This document shows positions 40,225 through 50,569 of a stretch of 64,000 nucleotides of DNA, one piece after another. Numbering within the stretch: position 1 is the stretch's first letter; the number at the start of each line of letters is the position of its first letter. Below the pieces are notes generated by a model. It made no database searches, was not told where the DNA came from, and saw nothing but the letters and a program-made list of their open reading frames with translations. The stretch is from an uncultured Aliarcobacter sp. GTDB lineage: Bacteria; Campylobacterota; Campylobacteria; Campylobacterales; Arcobacteraceae. The position numbers and the translations under genes were made by a program. The stretch covers positions 2,688,001-2,752,000 of the forward strand of contig OY781945.1 in assembly GCA_963677435.1 (NCBI GenBank). Direction: 5' to 3'.

Positions 40225-40839
40225 TTAATTATCATAAAAACCACTTCCAACTACATTAAATCTGATATTTTCTATAATATCTTCCTTCTTTACTCCACCA
40301 ATAGCACAAACTGGGTGTTTTGATATCTTTGCCAAATATGATATTTTAGAACCTAAAATTGTAGATACATCTTTTGTACTTGTATTTTTATAAGCACCAA
40401 GTCCTATCATATCAATTGCTAATTCATTAGCCTCTAAAATTTCTATTTCATTGTGAGTTGAAAGTCCAAGCAATTTGTCTTTTATTTTTAATCTAATTAA
40501 TTTTACTGCTAATTTTTTATCTTTATGAATCTTGAAAAAATCTTCTTGTCCTAGGTGTAGGCCATCTGCATACTCAATTAGTTCTATTTTATCATTTATA
40601 ATTATTGGAATATTAAGTTTTGATTTTAGAAATAAGAGATTGCTTTTTTGCTCAATTAAAGATGAGATTTTATCTCTATATTGAACTATTTTTACATCAT
40701 TTTTTTTGCATAAATCTACAAATTTTTCTAGCGAAATATTTTTTTTGAGTAATGTTTCATAATCACATAAAACATATAAGTAATTAAAAGCTTCGAGTTT
40801 AAAACCCAAAGCTTTTTCAAAATTTGATGATGTCATCAA
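40225..40839 (-). CDS. thiE: Thiamine phosphate synthase family protein
   Basis: QYRDK; IIND; DGLHLGQED; GLSTH; TSTK; AIGG. Confidence 0.88.
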   Translation of the reverse strand: MMTSSNFEKALGFKLEAFNYLYVLCDYETLLKKNISLEKFVDLCKKNDVKIVQYRDKISSLIEQKSNLLFLKSKLNIPIIINDKIELIEYADGLHLGQEDFFKIHKDKKLAVKLIRLKIKDKLLGLSTHNEIEILEANELAIDMIGLGAYKNTSTKDVSTILGSKISYLAKISKHPVCAIGGVKKEDIIENIRFNVVGSGFYDN

Positions 40840-40842
40840 CTA

Positions 40843-41709
40843 TTAACTAATCTTTTCTTTCGAAAACATACTTAATAAATCTGTTAAAGTTTGTTTCATA
40901 GAAGCTCTATTAACAACCATATCAATAGAACCATTTTTAAGTAAAAACTCTGCTCGCTGGAAACCAGCAGGTAAATCAGCTCCAATTGTTTGTTTAATAA
41001 CTCTTTGCCCTGCAAATCCAACTAATGCACCTGGCTCTGCCATAATAATATCACCTAAAAATGCAAATGAAGCCGAAACTCCACCCATTGTAGGGTCAGT
41101 TAAAATAGAAATAAAAGGGAGTTTTGCATGATCTAATTTTTTAAGAGCTGCTGATGTTTTTGCCATTTGCATTAAAGCAAATGTAGATTCTTGCATTCTT
41201 GCCCCACCAGAAGCTGAAATAATAATCAGTCCTTGATGTTTTTCAATTGCTCTATTTACGGCTCTTACAATTTTTTCACCCTCAACAGAACCTAAACTTC
41301 CACCCATATAAGCAAAATCAAAAACAACTAATTGAACTGGTATTTCATTTATAGTACATTCACCACTTACAACAGAAGATGTTTTCCCTGTATTTTTAAG
41401 TGCTTCTTCTACTCTTTTTTTATATGAAGTTTTATCAACAAATTTTAAAGGATCATTAGGTTTTAATTCCCCATCATATTCAACAAAACTATCTTTATCA
41501 GTCAAAATTTCAATTCTTCTTTTTGCCCCAATTCTCATATGAAAATTACATTTTGGACAAATATTATTTTGAGCTTCAACCTCTTTAAAAAACATTAATG
41601 CACTACATTCCGGACACTTAATCCAGTGACTTGGTGCATCTTTTTTTGTTGGCTGTTCTTTTGATTTTGTATCAAAAGATATTTTGCTAAATAAGTTTCT
41701 TAAATCCAT
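40843..41709 (-). CDS. accD: Acetyl-CoA carboxylase carboxyltransferase beta subunit
   Basis: C4 zinc finger; MGGSLGSVEGE; SGGARMQE; GGVSASFA. Confidence 0.97.
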   Translation of the reverse strand: MDLRNLFSKISFDTKSKEQPTKKDAPSHWIKCPECSALMFFKEVEAQNNICPKCNFHMRIGAKRRIEILTDKDSFVEYDGELKPNDPLKFVDKTSYKKRVEEALKNTGKTSSVVSGECTINEIPVQLVVFDFAYMGGSLGSVEGEKIVRAVNRAIEKHQGLIIISASGGARMQESTFALMQMAKTSAALKKLDHAKLPFISILTDPTMGGVSASFAFLGDIIMAEPGALVGFAGQRVIKQTIGADLPAGFQRAEFLLKNGSIDMVVNRASMKQTLTDLLSMFSKEKIS

Positions 41710-41727
41710 AATAATCCTTTAATCAAT

Positions 41728-42939
41728 TTATTGAATATTTTCAAATTTTTCTAATTCGTCAAGTTTTTCCCAAGGGTAATCACTTTGTCCTACTTGACCA
41801 CGAGCTGCAACATCTGCATATAAAAATGTTTTTTCACTTGGTTTGTCTAAGGCAAATTTTTGTGTAATCCATCTTGGTGTTAATGGGAAAGTATCCATTA
41901 CAAATTGTGATAACTTATCATCATCAAATTTTGTATAAGAACCCATTGTATCAACAGATACTGATGTTGGTCGTGCTACACCAATTGCATAAGAGATTTG
42001 TACAACTGCTTTTTTTGCAAGTCCTGCAGCAACTATGTGTTTTGCAATCCATCTTGCAGCGTAAAGTCCAGATCTATCAACTTTTGTATAATCTTTAGAA
42101 CTTTGTGCTCCTCCACCAATTGGTGAATATCCACCAAATGAATCAACGATTAATTTTCTTCCTGTTAATCCACTATCATGTAAAGAAGAGTGATTTACAT
42201 ATCTTCCTGTTGGATTAATATGAATAATTGTTGAATTTTTATCATACATATTTGTAGGAAGTCCAGCATCATCAATTAATCCTTGGATTAATGCTCTTAC
42301 TTCTTCGATTGGCATTCCCTCAACTGAAGGTGCACTTACAACTATTGTATGAATTTTTTGTGGATTACAATTTTCAAAATTTGCTTTTGTTCCATAATCA
42401 ACTGTAACTTGTGTTTTAATATCAACACCTAATTTTTGATTATGTTTTAATGCATAATTGTAAACTTTGTCACATAACATTCTAGCGTATGTAATGGCTG
42501 CTGGCATATAATCTGCTGTTTCGCTTGAAGCAAAACCAAACATGATTCCTTGATCTCCAGCTCCAATTTCTCCATCAACTTGGTCAACACCTTGATTAAT
42601 ATCAGGTGATTGTTGGTTTAATAAAACTTGAACTTTTACATCATCTGGATGTAAACATTGTTCTTTTGTAAAAGCTGATTTTCCATCGTAACCGATTTTT
42701 GCTAATGCATCTTTTACTATTTTTTCGTAATCTTTATCTGATAATTGAGCTGATGATTTTACTTCACCACCAATTACAACATGTTTCCCTGCAACAAAAA
42801 CCTCTGAAGCTACTCTACTATCTTTATCTGCAATAATTAATTTGTCTACGATAGAGTCAGCTATTATATCTGCACATTTATCTGGGTGTCCAGGGCTTAC
42901 AACTTCACTTGTAAATAAGTATTGTGTTTTTTTTTCCAT
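41728..42939 (-). CDS. metK: S-adenosylmethionine synthetase
   Basis: FTSEVVSPGHPDK; GAGDQG; GLTGRK; KVDRSG; start likely ATG 42939 (in-frame GTG 42966 lies within the repeat array). Confidence 0.97.
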   Translation of the reverse strand: MEKKTQYLFTSEVVSPGHPDKCADIIADSIVDKLIIADKDSRVASEVFVAGKHVVIGGEVKSSAQLSDKDYEKIVKDALAKIGYDGKSAFTKEQCLHPDDVKVQVLLNQQSPDINQGVDQVDGEIGAGDQGIMFGFASSETADYMPAAITYARMLCDKVYNYALKHNQKLGVDIKTQVTVDYGTKANFENCNPQKIHTIVVSAPSVEGMPIEEVRALIQGLIDDAGLPTNMYDKNSTIIHINPTGRYVNHSSLHDSGLTGRKLIVDSFGGYSPIGGGAQSSKDYTKVDRSGLYAARWIAKHIVAAGLAKKAVVQISYAIGVARPTSVSVDTMGSYTKFDDDKLSQFVMDTFPLTPRWITQKFALDKPSEKTFLYADVAARGQVGQSDYPWEKLDELEKFENIQ

Positions 42940-43020
42940 TTTTGTTTTCCATCCTTTGTTTTCCACAAGCTACGCTTGAGTTGTTTTCCATCTTTTGTTT
43001 TCCATTTTTTTGTTTTCTAT
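42932..43020 (-). repeat. Array of six (A/G)TGGAAAACAAA-like units with a central CAAGC-GTA-GCTTG hairpin
   Basis: Units start at 43020, 43005, 42991, 42966, 42952 and 42939 (minus strand); hairpin at 42966-42978. Confidence 0.85.
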
Positions 43021-43202
43021 ATTTGTTAAGAAATTTAAAATAAAAATTTAAAGAATTCAATTTGCCATAAAGACAAAAAGTTTCTAATATTAGCTAAATA
43101 TTGCTGTTATTTACTTTTATTAATGGCAATATTATTCTATATATTAAATTAATTATTGGATAAAATAGAATAAATTATAATTATATATAAAAGGATTTTA
43201 TT

Positions 43203-44099
43203 TTGAATAATGAAAAATTAGGTCAAATATATGCGGTATTTGCCTTTTTGATTTGGGGTGCAATTGCTCCTATATATTTTAAACAAGTAGCAAATGTTGA
43301 GCCTTTAGAAGTTTTAATACATAGAATTTTTTGGTCTTTTTTGATTTTAATTCCACTACTTTTTATTACAAAACAGATTGAAATTTTTAAAGAACTAATA
43401 AAAGATGTAAAAAAATTAAAATATTTAGCTCTGTCAACTTTTTTTATTTCACTTAATTGGCTTATTTTCATTTGGGCAGTTGGGAATAATAAAATTATAG
43501 AAACCTCACTTGGTTATTTTATTAATCCCTTAGTTAGTATATTTTTAGGTTATGTTTTTTTCAAAGAAAGAATGACAAAATATCAATATATTGCTGTATT
43601 TATTGCTTTTTTTGCAGTTCTTTATCAAGTATTCACACTAGGAAATATTCCTCTTGTTTCAATTAGTCTTGCTTTAAGTTTTGCCTTTTATGGAATGATA
43701 AGAAAAAAAGTAAATGTAGGCTCAATTGTTGGACTTTTTACTGAAACATTAATATTATTACCTTTTGCAATTATTGGTATTTATTATCTAAATATTAACA
43801 ATAAAATTTCCTTTTTACATACTACTGGCTATATAGATTTAATGCTTTGTTTAGGAGGATTAATCACAATTATTCCTCTACTTTTGTTTAATGGAGCAGC
43901 AACAAGAATGAAATTATCAACATTAGGATTTTTTCAGTACATAGGACCATTTTGTTCTTTTTTATTGGCAATATTTATTTATAATGAAGAACTCAAAGTA
44001 GATAAACTAATCACTTTTTGCCTTATATGGCTAGCTTTAGCAATCTTTTCACTAGATTCAATTAATACAAAACAAAAAGCAAAAAAACATAATAAGTAG
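43203..44099 (+). CDS. rarD: EamA/RarD family transporter
   Basis: HRIFWS; ETSLGYFINPL; LGFFQYIGP; about 10 TM helices. Confidence 0.9.
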   Translation: MNNEKLGQIYAVFAFLIWGAIAPIYFKQVANVEPLEVLIHRIFWSFLILIPLLFITKQIEIFKELIKDVKKLKYLALSTFFISLNWLIFIWAVGNNKIIETSLGYFINPLVSIFLGYVFFKERMTKYQYIAVFIAFFAVLYQVFTLGNIPLVSISLALSFAFYGMIRKKVNVGSIVGLFTETLILLPFAIIGIYYLNINNKISFLHTTGYIDLMLCLGGLITIIPLLLFNGAATRMKLSTLGFFQYIGPFCSFLLAIFIYNEELKVDKLITFCLIWLALAIFSLDSINTKQKAKKHNK

Positions 44100-44113
44100 C
44101 AACTAAAAAGTTG

Positions 44114-44344
44114 TTATTTGTTTTTTTCTTTTAATTGTTCTCTAAACTTTTTAAGTAATACTTTCTCTTCTTTTAGTTTTGTTTTTTCTTCTTGCTCTTT
44201 TGAATCTTTAATTTTTTTTTCTAATTTAGAGATTTTTTCTTCAATTTTTTCTTGAAGTTTTTTTATTTTTTTCTCTTTTATATCTTCTTCATCTATTAAT
44301 GACAAGTAACTTTTGGCTTTCTCATAAATCTTTTCCAGCTTCAT
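44114..44344 (-). CDS. Small Lys/Glu-rich coiled-coil hypothetical protein
   Basis: AGGAG RBS; overlaps the end of the upstream Na/Pi gene. Confidence 0.65.
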   Translation of the reverse strand: MKLEKIYEKAKSYLSLIDEEDIKEKKIKKLQEKIEEKISKLEKKIKDSKEQEEKTKLKEEKVLLKKFREQLKEKNK

Positions 44345-46094
44345 AATCTTCTCCTAATTGTTTAATAGTTAAATCTTCTATCCATAACACTTTAGCGACA
44401 TTTATCAACTTATTGATTACATTATTTGCATGGGCACTATCATTTAATAAAGTAGTAGCCATTTTCTTATCAATTCTTTTTTCTCTAATCAATATATCTA
44501 TTCTTCCCGTTGCAATTACATCTAAACTTTTTAAATACTCTTTTAATAACTCTGCTTTTGATAGAACATCAATTTCATCTTTACTATTTTTTATTTCATT
44601 AATTGTATTGATAGTTTTCGCTATTGCTTCTCGAATATAGTTATATTCATCTTTTATATAATTATTGTTACTTAAAAGATATTTACTTATATTTTCTTGT
44701 AATTCTTGTGTATTTTTTACAGCTTCTGCTATATCTCTACATGCTGTTCTTAAGTCATATAAATAAAGTTTTTTATCATCTTCTAAATCATTTATAAAAT
44801 AAGTTGAATAATCGATTATATCACTATAAAGTGATTTAATTCTAGTTTGATAAAAATCTTCAATATCTAATTCTATTAAATCAGTTGATTCTTTTACAAC
44901 TAAAGATATATCAGTTTTTCCTAAATATCTATGTCTATGTAACATAATGGCATGACTTAAAACTTCACTTGCATTATCATATAAGTGAATTGTCTCTTTT
45001 CTTGTAGCTTTTAATGCTGCATAGGGAACAGCTACAACTTCCATATCTAAATATTTAGTTTTTTGAATATAAATTTCGGTATCTTCAACAAATAGTTTTT
45101 TCAAAAAACTTACTAATTTGGGAATAAGAAATGAAAATATCACTAATCCTAAAATATTAAATACAGTATGAAAAAGTGATAATTTCATTGAATAATCATC
45201 ATTACTTATACCTAATAATTTAGCTAAATAATCAATAAAATCAATAAATGGATACATTATAATTACAATTATAAATGCAGTTACACTATTAAATATGAGT
45301 AGTGAAACTGCCATTCTTTTACTATTTGCATTTGAAACCATTGCACCCATAACAGCAGTAATTGTTGTACCAATATTAGCTCCAACTGCAATTGCAATTG
45401 CATTTATATAAATTATTTGTCCAGCTGCAAGTGCTGTTATTGTAAGAGCCAAAGTTGCACTACTTGATTGAATAATAACAGTTGCTAGTGCTCCCACAAC
45501 AATATAAATTAAAATTCCCAAATATCCCTCAACTGAAAACTGTGCTAAGTCAATTCCCTGTTTTAAATCTTCAAATCCATCTTTCATATATCCAATACCT
45601 AAAAAGACAAATCCTAAACCTAAAAAGATATTTCCTATTCCTTGAACATTTTTTTGTTTAAAAAATCTAAATATTACACCAAAAATAATCATAGGCAATG
45701 CAAAAGCTGCAATATCTATTTTCATACCAAAAGATGAAACAATCCAAGCAGTTGCTGTTGTTCCAACATTTGAGCCAAAAACAACTCCAATAGCCCCTGA
45801 TAAACTGATTAATTTTGCTGATAAAAAAGAGATTACAATGATAGAGATTAAAGATGAACTTTGAAGTATAGCAGTGGCAACTATTCCTAATCCAATGGAT
45901 TTAGGAATATTATCTGTACTTTTTGAGATAATCTTTTCAAGTACACCACCACTAAAAAGTTTGAATCCATCTTCCATAAAATGCATTCCGATAATAAAAA
46001 TACCAACACCTGCAACTATATATTTTGAGTCTTGATTTACATAAAGTAAATAGCATAAGAGGATTAATAAAATATATGCTAAATACTTTTTCAT
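44322..46094 (-). CDS. Na/Pi cotransporter family protein
   Basis: Two QSSS...G.N(V/I)GTT repeats; helical C-terminal domain. Confidence 0.92.
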   Translation of the reverse strand: MKKYLAYILLILLCYLLYVNQDSKYIVAGVGIFIIGMHFMEDGFKLFSGGVLEKIISKSTDNIPKSIGLGIVATAILQSSSLISIIVISFLSAKLISLSGAIGVVFGSNVGTTATAWIVSSFGMKIDIAAFALPMIIFGVIFRFFKQKNVQGIGNIFLGLGFVFLGIGYMKDGFEDLKQGIDLAQFSVEGYLGILIYIVVGALATVIIQSSSATLALTITALAAGQIIYINAIAIAVGANIGTTITAVMGAMVSNANSKRMAVSLLIFNSVTAFIIVIIMYPFIDFIDYLAKLLGISNDDYSMKLSLFHTVFNILGLVIFSFLIPKLVSFLKKLFVEDTEIYIQKTKYLDMEVVAVPYAALKATRKETIHLYDNASEVLSHAIMLHRHRYLGKTDISLVVKESTDLIELDIEDFYQTRIKSLYSDIIDYSTYFINDLEDDKKLYLYDLRTACRDIAEAVKNTQELQENISKYLLSNNNYIKDEYNYIREAIAKTINTINEIKNSKDEIDVLSKAELLKEYLKSLDVIATGRIDILIREKRIDKKMATTLLNDSAHANNVINKLINVAKVLWIEDLTIKQLGEDYEAGKDL

Positions 46095-47897
46095 CTATTC
46101 AACCGTCACTGATTTTGCAAGATTTCTTGGCATATCAACATCATTTCCAAGTCTTATCGAAATTTCCATTGAGAAAAGTTGTAAAACAACTAACATCTCA
46201 AAAAACTCCAACATATAATGATCTGTTTTATTGATTTTTATAAAATCATCTGCTAATTCAAAATCAAGTGGTGATATTGCACAAATAGTACTATCTCGTG
46301 CACTTAACTCTTCTACATTTGATTTGATTTTATCATAAAGTAAGTTTTTTGGCATTAAAGCAATTGTGAAAAGTTCTGGATCAGCTAGGGCAATTGGTCC
46401 ATGTTTCATTTCACCTGCTGGATATCCTTCAGCGTGTAAATATGAAATCTCTTTTAATTTTAAAGCACCCTCTAAAGCTAATGGATAAAATACATCTCTA
46501 CCGATAAAGAAAAATCCATGTCCATGTAAATATCTTTTTGATAATCTTTTCATTTTTTCATGTATTTTATCACTAATACAAAGAGTTTTAGGAACTTCTC
46601 TTAAAGTGTGTAATTCATCTTGTAAAAGTTCATTTGAAATTACATTTTTTGCTTTTGCAAAATATAAAGCTAACATCCATAAAACAACTGTTTGAGTTGA
46701 AAATGCTTTTGTAGAAGCAACTCCTTTTTCAATTCCAGCTCTTGTTAAAATCGTAGCATCAGCAACTCTTGTCATTGAAGAGTTATCAACATTACAAACA
46801 ACTAAAGTTTTAAGGCCTGCTGCTTTTGCCATTTTTAAAGCTTCTAAAGTATCAGCAGTTTCTCCACTTTGAGAAATAACGATAAACAGAGTATCTTTTG
46901 TTAAAAGTGGGTCTTTGTATCTAAATTCACTTGCAATTTCTACATTACACTTAACTTTAGAAAGTCTTTCAAAAAGGTACGAAGCTGTTAATCCTGCATG
47001 ATATGAAGTTCCACAAGCACAAATTTTTATCTCATTGATTCCTTCTATTATTGAAGCTTCAATTTCATCAAATAAAGTTTCATTATCTTTGATTCTTCCA
47101 AGCATACAATCACTTACAACACTACTTTGTTCGTAAATCTCTTTTTCCATAAAGAATCTATATCCATCTTTTTGTGCAAATTGTTTTGAAGTGGGAAGGG
47201 TTGACCAAGAATAATTTTCATTAAAAAATTCTATTTCATTTGCACTTGCAATTCCACCAACTCCATCTTCAAGATAAACTACACTTGAAGCTAAGCCAAT
47301 CAAAGGAGCATCTGATGAAGAGAATAATACTTCTTCTTTTTCATTTCCCTTTGCCACAATTAATGGACTTCCATGTTTGAAGAAAAATACTTTTGTTGGA
47401 TCTGCTTTTGTTATTAATAAAATAGAAAAAGCACCTTCTAGTCTAGCAATAGTATTTTGAAAAGCTTTTTTTGTATCATTTAATTGATTAAAACAATTTT
47501 CAAATAGATGAACTATAACTTCTGTATCTGTTTGAGATACAAATTTATGTCCTTTTTCAGTTAATTCTTCTTTTAACTCTTTATAATTTTCAATAATTCC
47601 ATTATGAACAACATAAGAGTATTCTCCCAAATGTGGGTGAGCATTTAATTCTGTTGGTTTTCCATGTGTTGCCCATCTAGTATGTCCAATTCCTAGTTCA
47701 TAATTAGTTGATGCAGAGGTATTAACTTTTTCTTCGAGATTTACAAGTTTTCCTAAGGCTTTAAAAACATCAATTCTATTATCTTTAAGAACTGCAATTC
47801 CTGCACTATCATAACCTCTGTACTCTAACTCTTTTAAACCATCTAGTAATATTTTTGTAGTCTCTTTTTTACCTATATAACCAACTATTCCACACAT
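46095..47897 (-). CDS. glmS: Glutamine-fructose-6-phosphate aminotransferase
   Basis: MCGIVG; GHTRWATHG; SQSGETADT; PRNLAKSVTVE. Confidence 0.98.
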   Translation of the reverse strand: MCGIVGYIGKKETTKILLDGLKELEYRGYDSAGIAVLKDNRIDVFKALGKLVNLEEKVNTSASTNYELGIGHTRWATHGKPTELNAHPHLGEYSYVVHNGIIENYKELKEELTEKGHKFVSQTDTEVIVHLFENCFNQLNDTKKAFQNTIARLEGAFSILLITKADPTKVFFFKHGSPLIVAKGNEKEEVLFSSSDAPLIGLASSVVYLEDGVGGIASANEIEFFNENYSWSTLPTSKQFAQKDGYRFFMEKEIYEQSSVVSDCMLGRIKDNETLFDEIEASIIEGINEIKICACGTSYHAGLTASYLFERLSKVKCNVEIASEFRYKDPLLTKDTLFIVISQSGETADTLEALKMAKAAGLKTLVVCNVDNSSMTRVADATILTRAGIEKGVASTKAFSTQTVVLWMLALYFAKAKNVISNELLQDELHTLREVPKTLCISDKIHEKMKRLSKRYLHGHGFFFIGRDVFYPLALEGALKLKEISYLHAEGYPAGEMKHGPIALADPELFTIALMPKNLLYDKIKSNVEELSARDSTICAISPLDFELADDFIKINKTDHYMLEFFEMLVVLQLFSMEISIRLGNDVDMPRNLAKSVTVE

Positions 47898-47976
47898 TAA
47901 AAAACCTTTTTAAATTTATTATTTATATTATATTTAATTGTTACTAAATATGTACTTTTCACAATTATTTATTATT

Positions 47977-48750
47977 TTATAAGTTCAAATTTTTTACAAG
48001 CTCATCATGAATTTTGCCATTTGTTGCAACTAGATATTTATCTTCAAATAAAGTATATTCTTCTCCACTTATATTTGAGATTTTTCCACCTGCTTCTGTA
48101 AGTATTAAAATTCCAGCACTTACATCCCAAGCTTTTAAATTCATCTCATAATATCCCTCATAAACACCACGAGCCACATAACATAAATCAAGTGAAGCTG
48201 AACCTAATCTTCTTAAATCTTGACATAAAGGAAGTACATCTTTTATTTTTTTTACCACATCATTTAAATCATTTTCATCTGTTCCACTTGTATATGGGAA
48301 ACCAGTTGCAAGAAGTGATTTTTGAAAGTTATCTTCAGGGCTTACTTTTAATCTTTTACCATTTAAAAAAGCACCTTTGCCAATTTTTGCTGTGTATAAT
48401 TCATCTAAAATTGGATTATATACTATTGCTAAATATGGTTTTTTATTTTTGTAAACTCCAACTGAAATTGCAGTATGAGGAACTCCATTTACAAAATTTG
48501 TTGTTCCATCTATTGGATCAATTATTATTGAATTATTAAACTCTATATTTGCATTATCTGATTCTTCTGCGATTATATTAAACTTTTTGAATTTTTTTGA
48601 GAATTTCTTTTTTAAATATGTTTCAACTGACACATCAAACTCTGTTACTAAATCTTTTTTTGCTTTAAAAGTAATATCTTTATTTGAGTAATATCCCTTT
48701 TTTAAAATCTTTCCTGCTTCTTTTATTATTTCTATTAACTCTTTTTTCAT
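47977..48750 (-). CDS. suhB: Inositol monophosphatase family protein
   Basis: IIDPIDGTTNF; RRLGSASLDL; WDVSAG. Confidence 0.9.
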   Translation of the reverse strand: MKKELIEIIKEAGKILKKGYYSNKDITFKAKKDLVTEFDVSVETYLKKKFSKKFKKFNIIAEESDNANIEFNNSIIIDPIDGTTNFVNGVPHTAISVGVYKNKKPYLAIVYNPILDELYTAKIGKGAFLNGKRLKVSPEDNFQKSLLATGFPYTSGTDENDLNDVVKKIKDVLPLCQDLRRLGSASLDLCYVARGVYEGYYEMNLKAWDVSAGILILTEAGGKISNISGEEYTLFEDKYLVATNGKIHDELVKNLNL

Positions 48751-48799
48751 TTTCTACCAATCAATTTTTTTTGTTATTCTATCCAATTATGACGAAAAG

Positions 48800-48842
48800 T
48801 TCATATTGAATTCATCATTAATTCATATTCAAAGACTAAACT
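48800..48842 (+). promoter_or_regulatory. Triple 11-bp direct repeat (OmpR-type box) followed by a -10-like TAAACT
   Basis: TTCATATTGAA/TTCATCATTAA/TTCATATTCAA at 48800-48832; TAAACT at 48837-48842. Confidence 0.65.
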
Positions 48843-48866
48843 TTCAAAAATATAAAAGGATAATCT

Positions 48867-49949
48867 TTGATAAGATTTGCCATAAAAGCATTATTAGCTA
48901 ATAAATTAAAAACTATACTTATTTATCTAAGTCTAATTTTCTCAATAGTTTCTATTTTTTTAATTAGCTCTATTTCAAATGGGATAATCACAATGTATTC
49001 ATCTATGCTAAAAAGTGATGGAGATATTATTATCACTCAAGCCAAAATTTCAGATACATTTTTTTCCAATGTAAATATAAATTTAATAGAAAAAATAAAT
49101 CAAATCAAAAATGTAAAAGAATCATCAGCTTTAATTGTAGGAGCAAGTCCTGTTGAAAAACTTCCAATTGTTGCAATATATGGAGCAAGTAATAATAGAT
49201 TTAAAAATTATAAATTAATCCAAGGTTCATATCCATCAGAAGGTGAAGTAATAGTTGGAAAATCAATTTTTGAACAACTACTAAATAAAGATGAAATTCA
49301 AATAGCAAATAAAAGTTTTAAAATCTCAGGTGTTTTCAAAAGTGAAATTGGTTTTGAAAATGGTGGAGTTGTTTTAACAATTGATGATGCTGGAAAAATT
49401 TTCAATAAATCAGCTTCTATGATTATGGTGAATACAACTCTAAATTCAAATGTTGATGAGATAATAAAAAATATCAAAGCTTTAGATGAACAAATAGATG
49501 CTAAATCAACTCAAAATTTTGTGGACAATTACAACCAATTTAAAATCATAAAAACCTCATCAAATGTTATTTCGTTTATTGCTTTTTCAATGGGATTATT
49601 GGGAATTGTGAGTTTAATGAGTATCACAATAAATCAAAGAAAAAGTGAGTTTGGAATTAAAAGAGCTTTGGGAATAAGTACTTCTAAAATTGTTTATTCA
49701 ATTATGATTGAAAGTTTTATTTTGGGAGTTTTTAGTTTTATTAGTGCTTTTATTCTTTCAAATATTGTTTTATATTTTATAAAAAGTGCTTCAAGTTTAC
49801 AAGGTTATGTGAATGGTGAAATTTCAAATGAGTTAGCATTTTATATATTTATAACTTCTATTTTTATGGCTATTTTTGGCTCAATAATTCCAGCTTTAAA
49901 TGCTGCCAAAACAGATCCGATTGAGTTAATCCAAGGAAATAAAATATGA
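48867..49949 (+). CDS. MacB/FtsX/LolE-type ABC permease
   Basis: 1+3 TM topology with a periplasmic domain; QRKSEFGIKRALG; PALNAAKTDP. Confidence 0.88.
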   Translation: MIRFAIKALLANKLKTILIYLSLIFSIVSIFLISSISNGIITMYSSMLKSDGDIIITQAKISDTFFSNVNINLIEKINQIKNVKESSALIVGASPVEKLPIVAIYGASNNRFKNYKLIQGSYPSEGEVIVGKSIFEQLLNKDEIQIANKSFKISGVFKSEIGFENGGVVLTIDDAGKIFNKSASMIMVNTTLNSNVDEIIKNIKALDEQIDAKSTQNFVDNYNQFKIIKTSSNVISFIAFSMGLLGIVSLMSITINQRKSEFGIKRALGISTSKIVYSIMIESFILGVFSFISAFILSNIVLYFIKSASSLQGYVNGEISNELAFYIFITSIFMAIFGSIIPALNAAKTDPIELIQGNKI

Positions 49950-50569
49950 TAAAAATCAGAAATTTAACTCACTATTATAATAAGGATTTAGCCTTAGACA
50001 ATATTAATTTAGAGATAAAAAAAGGTGAATTTGTAGCAATTATTGGAGAGAGTGGAAGTGGGAAATCTACACTTTTATCTGTTTTATCAACTCTATTAAA
50101 ACCAAGTGAAGGAAATATAGTTTATGAAGAAACAAATTATAAAGATATTAAAAATATAGATGATTTTAGACGCGAAAATATTGGATTTATTTTTCAATTT
50201 CATTATTTGATTAATTACCTAAGTGTAAAAGAGAATATAAATCTAGCTAATGAAAAAGCATCAAAACAAGAGATTCTTGAGTTATTAAAAAGTTTAGGCA
50301 TTGAAAATTTAATAGATAAATATCCAACTGAAATCTCAGGAGGACAAAGACAACGAGTTGCAATTGCAAGGGCTTTGATAAATAATCCAAAGGTAATCTT
50401 TGCAGATGAACCAACTGGAAATTTGGACTCAAAAAACTCTTTAAATGTATTTGAGCTTTTTTCAACTTTAGCAAAAAAAGGAACAACAATAATCGTAGCA
50501 ACACATGACAAAGAATTAGCTTTAAAAGCAAATATAACTTATGAGGTAAAAGATGGAAAACTTGAATAA
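49946..50569 (+). CDS. LolD/MacB-type ABC ATP-binding protein
   Basis: GESGSGKST; ISGGQRQRVAIARAL; ADEPTGNLD; ATHD. Confidence 0.93.
   Translation: MIKIRNLTHYYNKDLALDNINLEIKKGEFVAIIGESGSGKSTLLSVLSTLLKPSEGNIVYEETNYKDIKNIDDFRRENIGFIFQFHYLINYLSVKENINLANEKASKQEILELLKSLGIENLIDKYPTEISGGQRQRVAIARALINNPKVIFADEPTGNLDSKNSLNVFELFSTLAKKGTTIIVATHDKELALKANITYEVKDGKLE

Noticed and set aside
42932..43020. metK leader as a CRISPR array or SAM riboswitch
   Set aside because: Units are 13-15 nt with no unique spacers and no cas genes; no SAM-I/II consensus elements recognised
47898..47976. glmS ribozyme upstream of glmS
   Set aside because: Only 79 bp of very AT-rich sequence; no structured core
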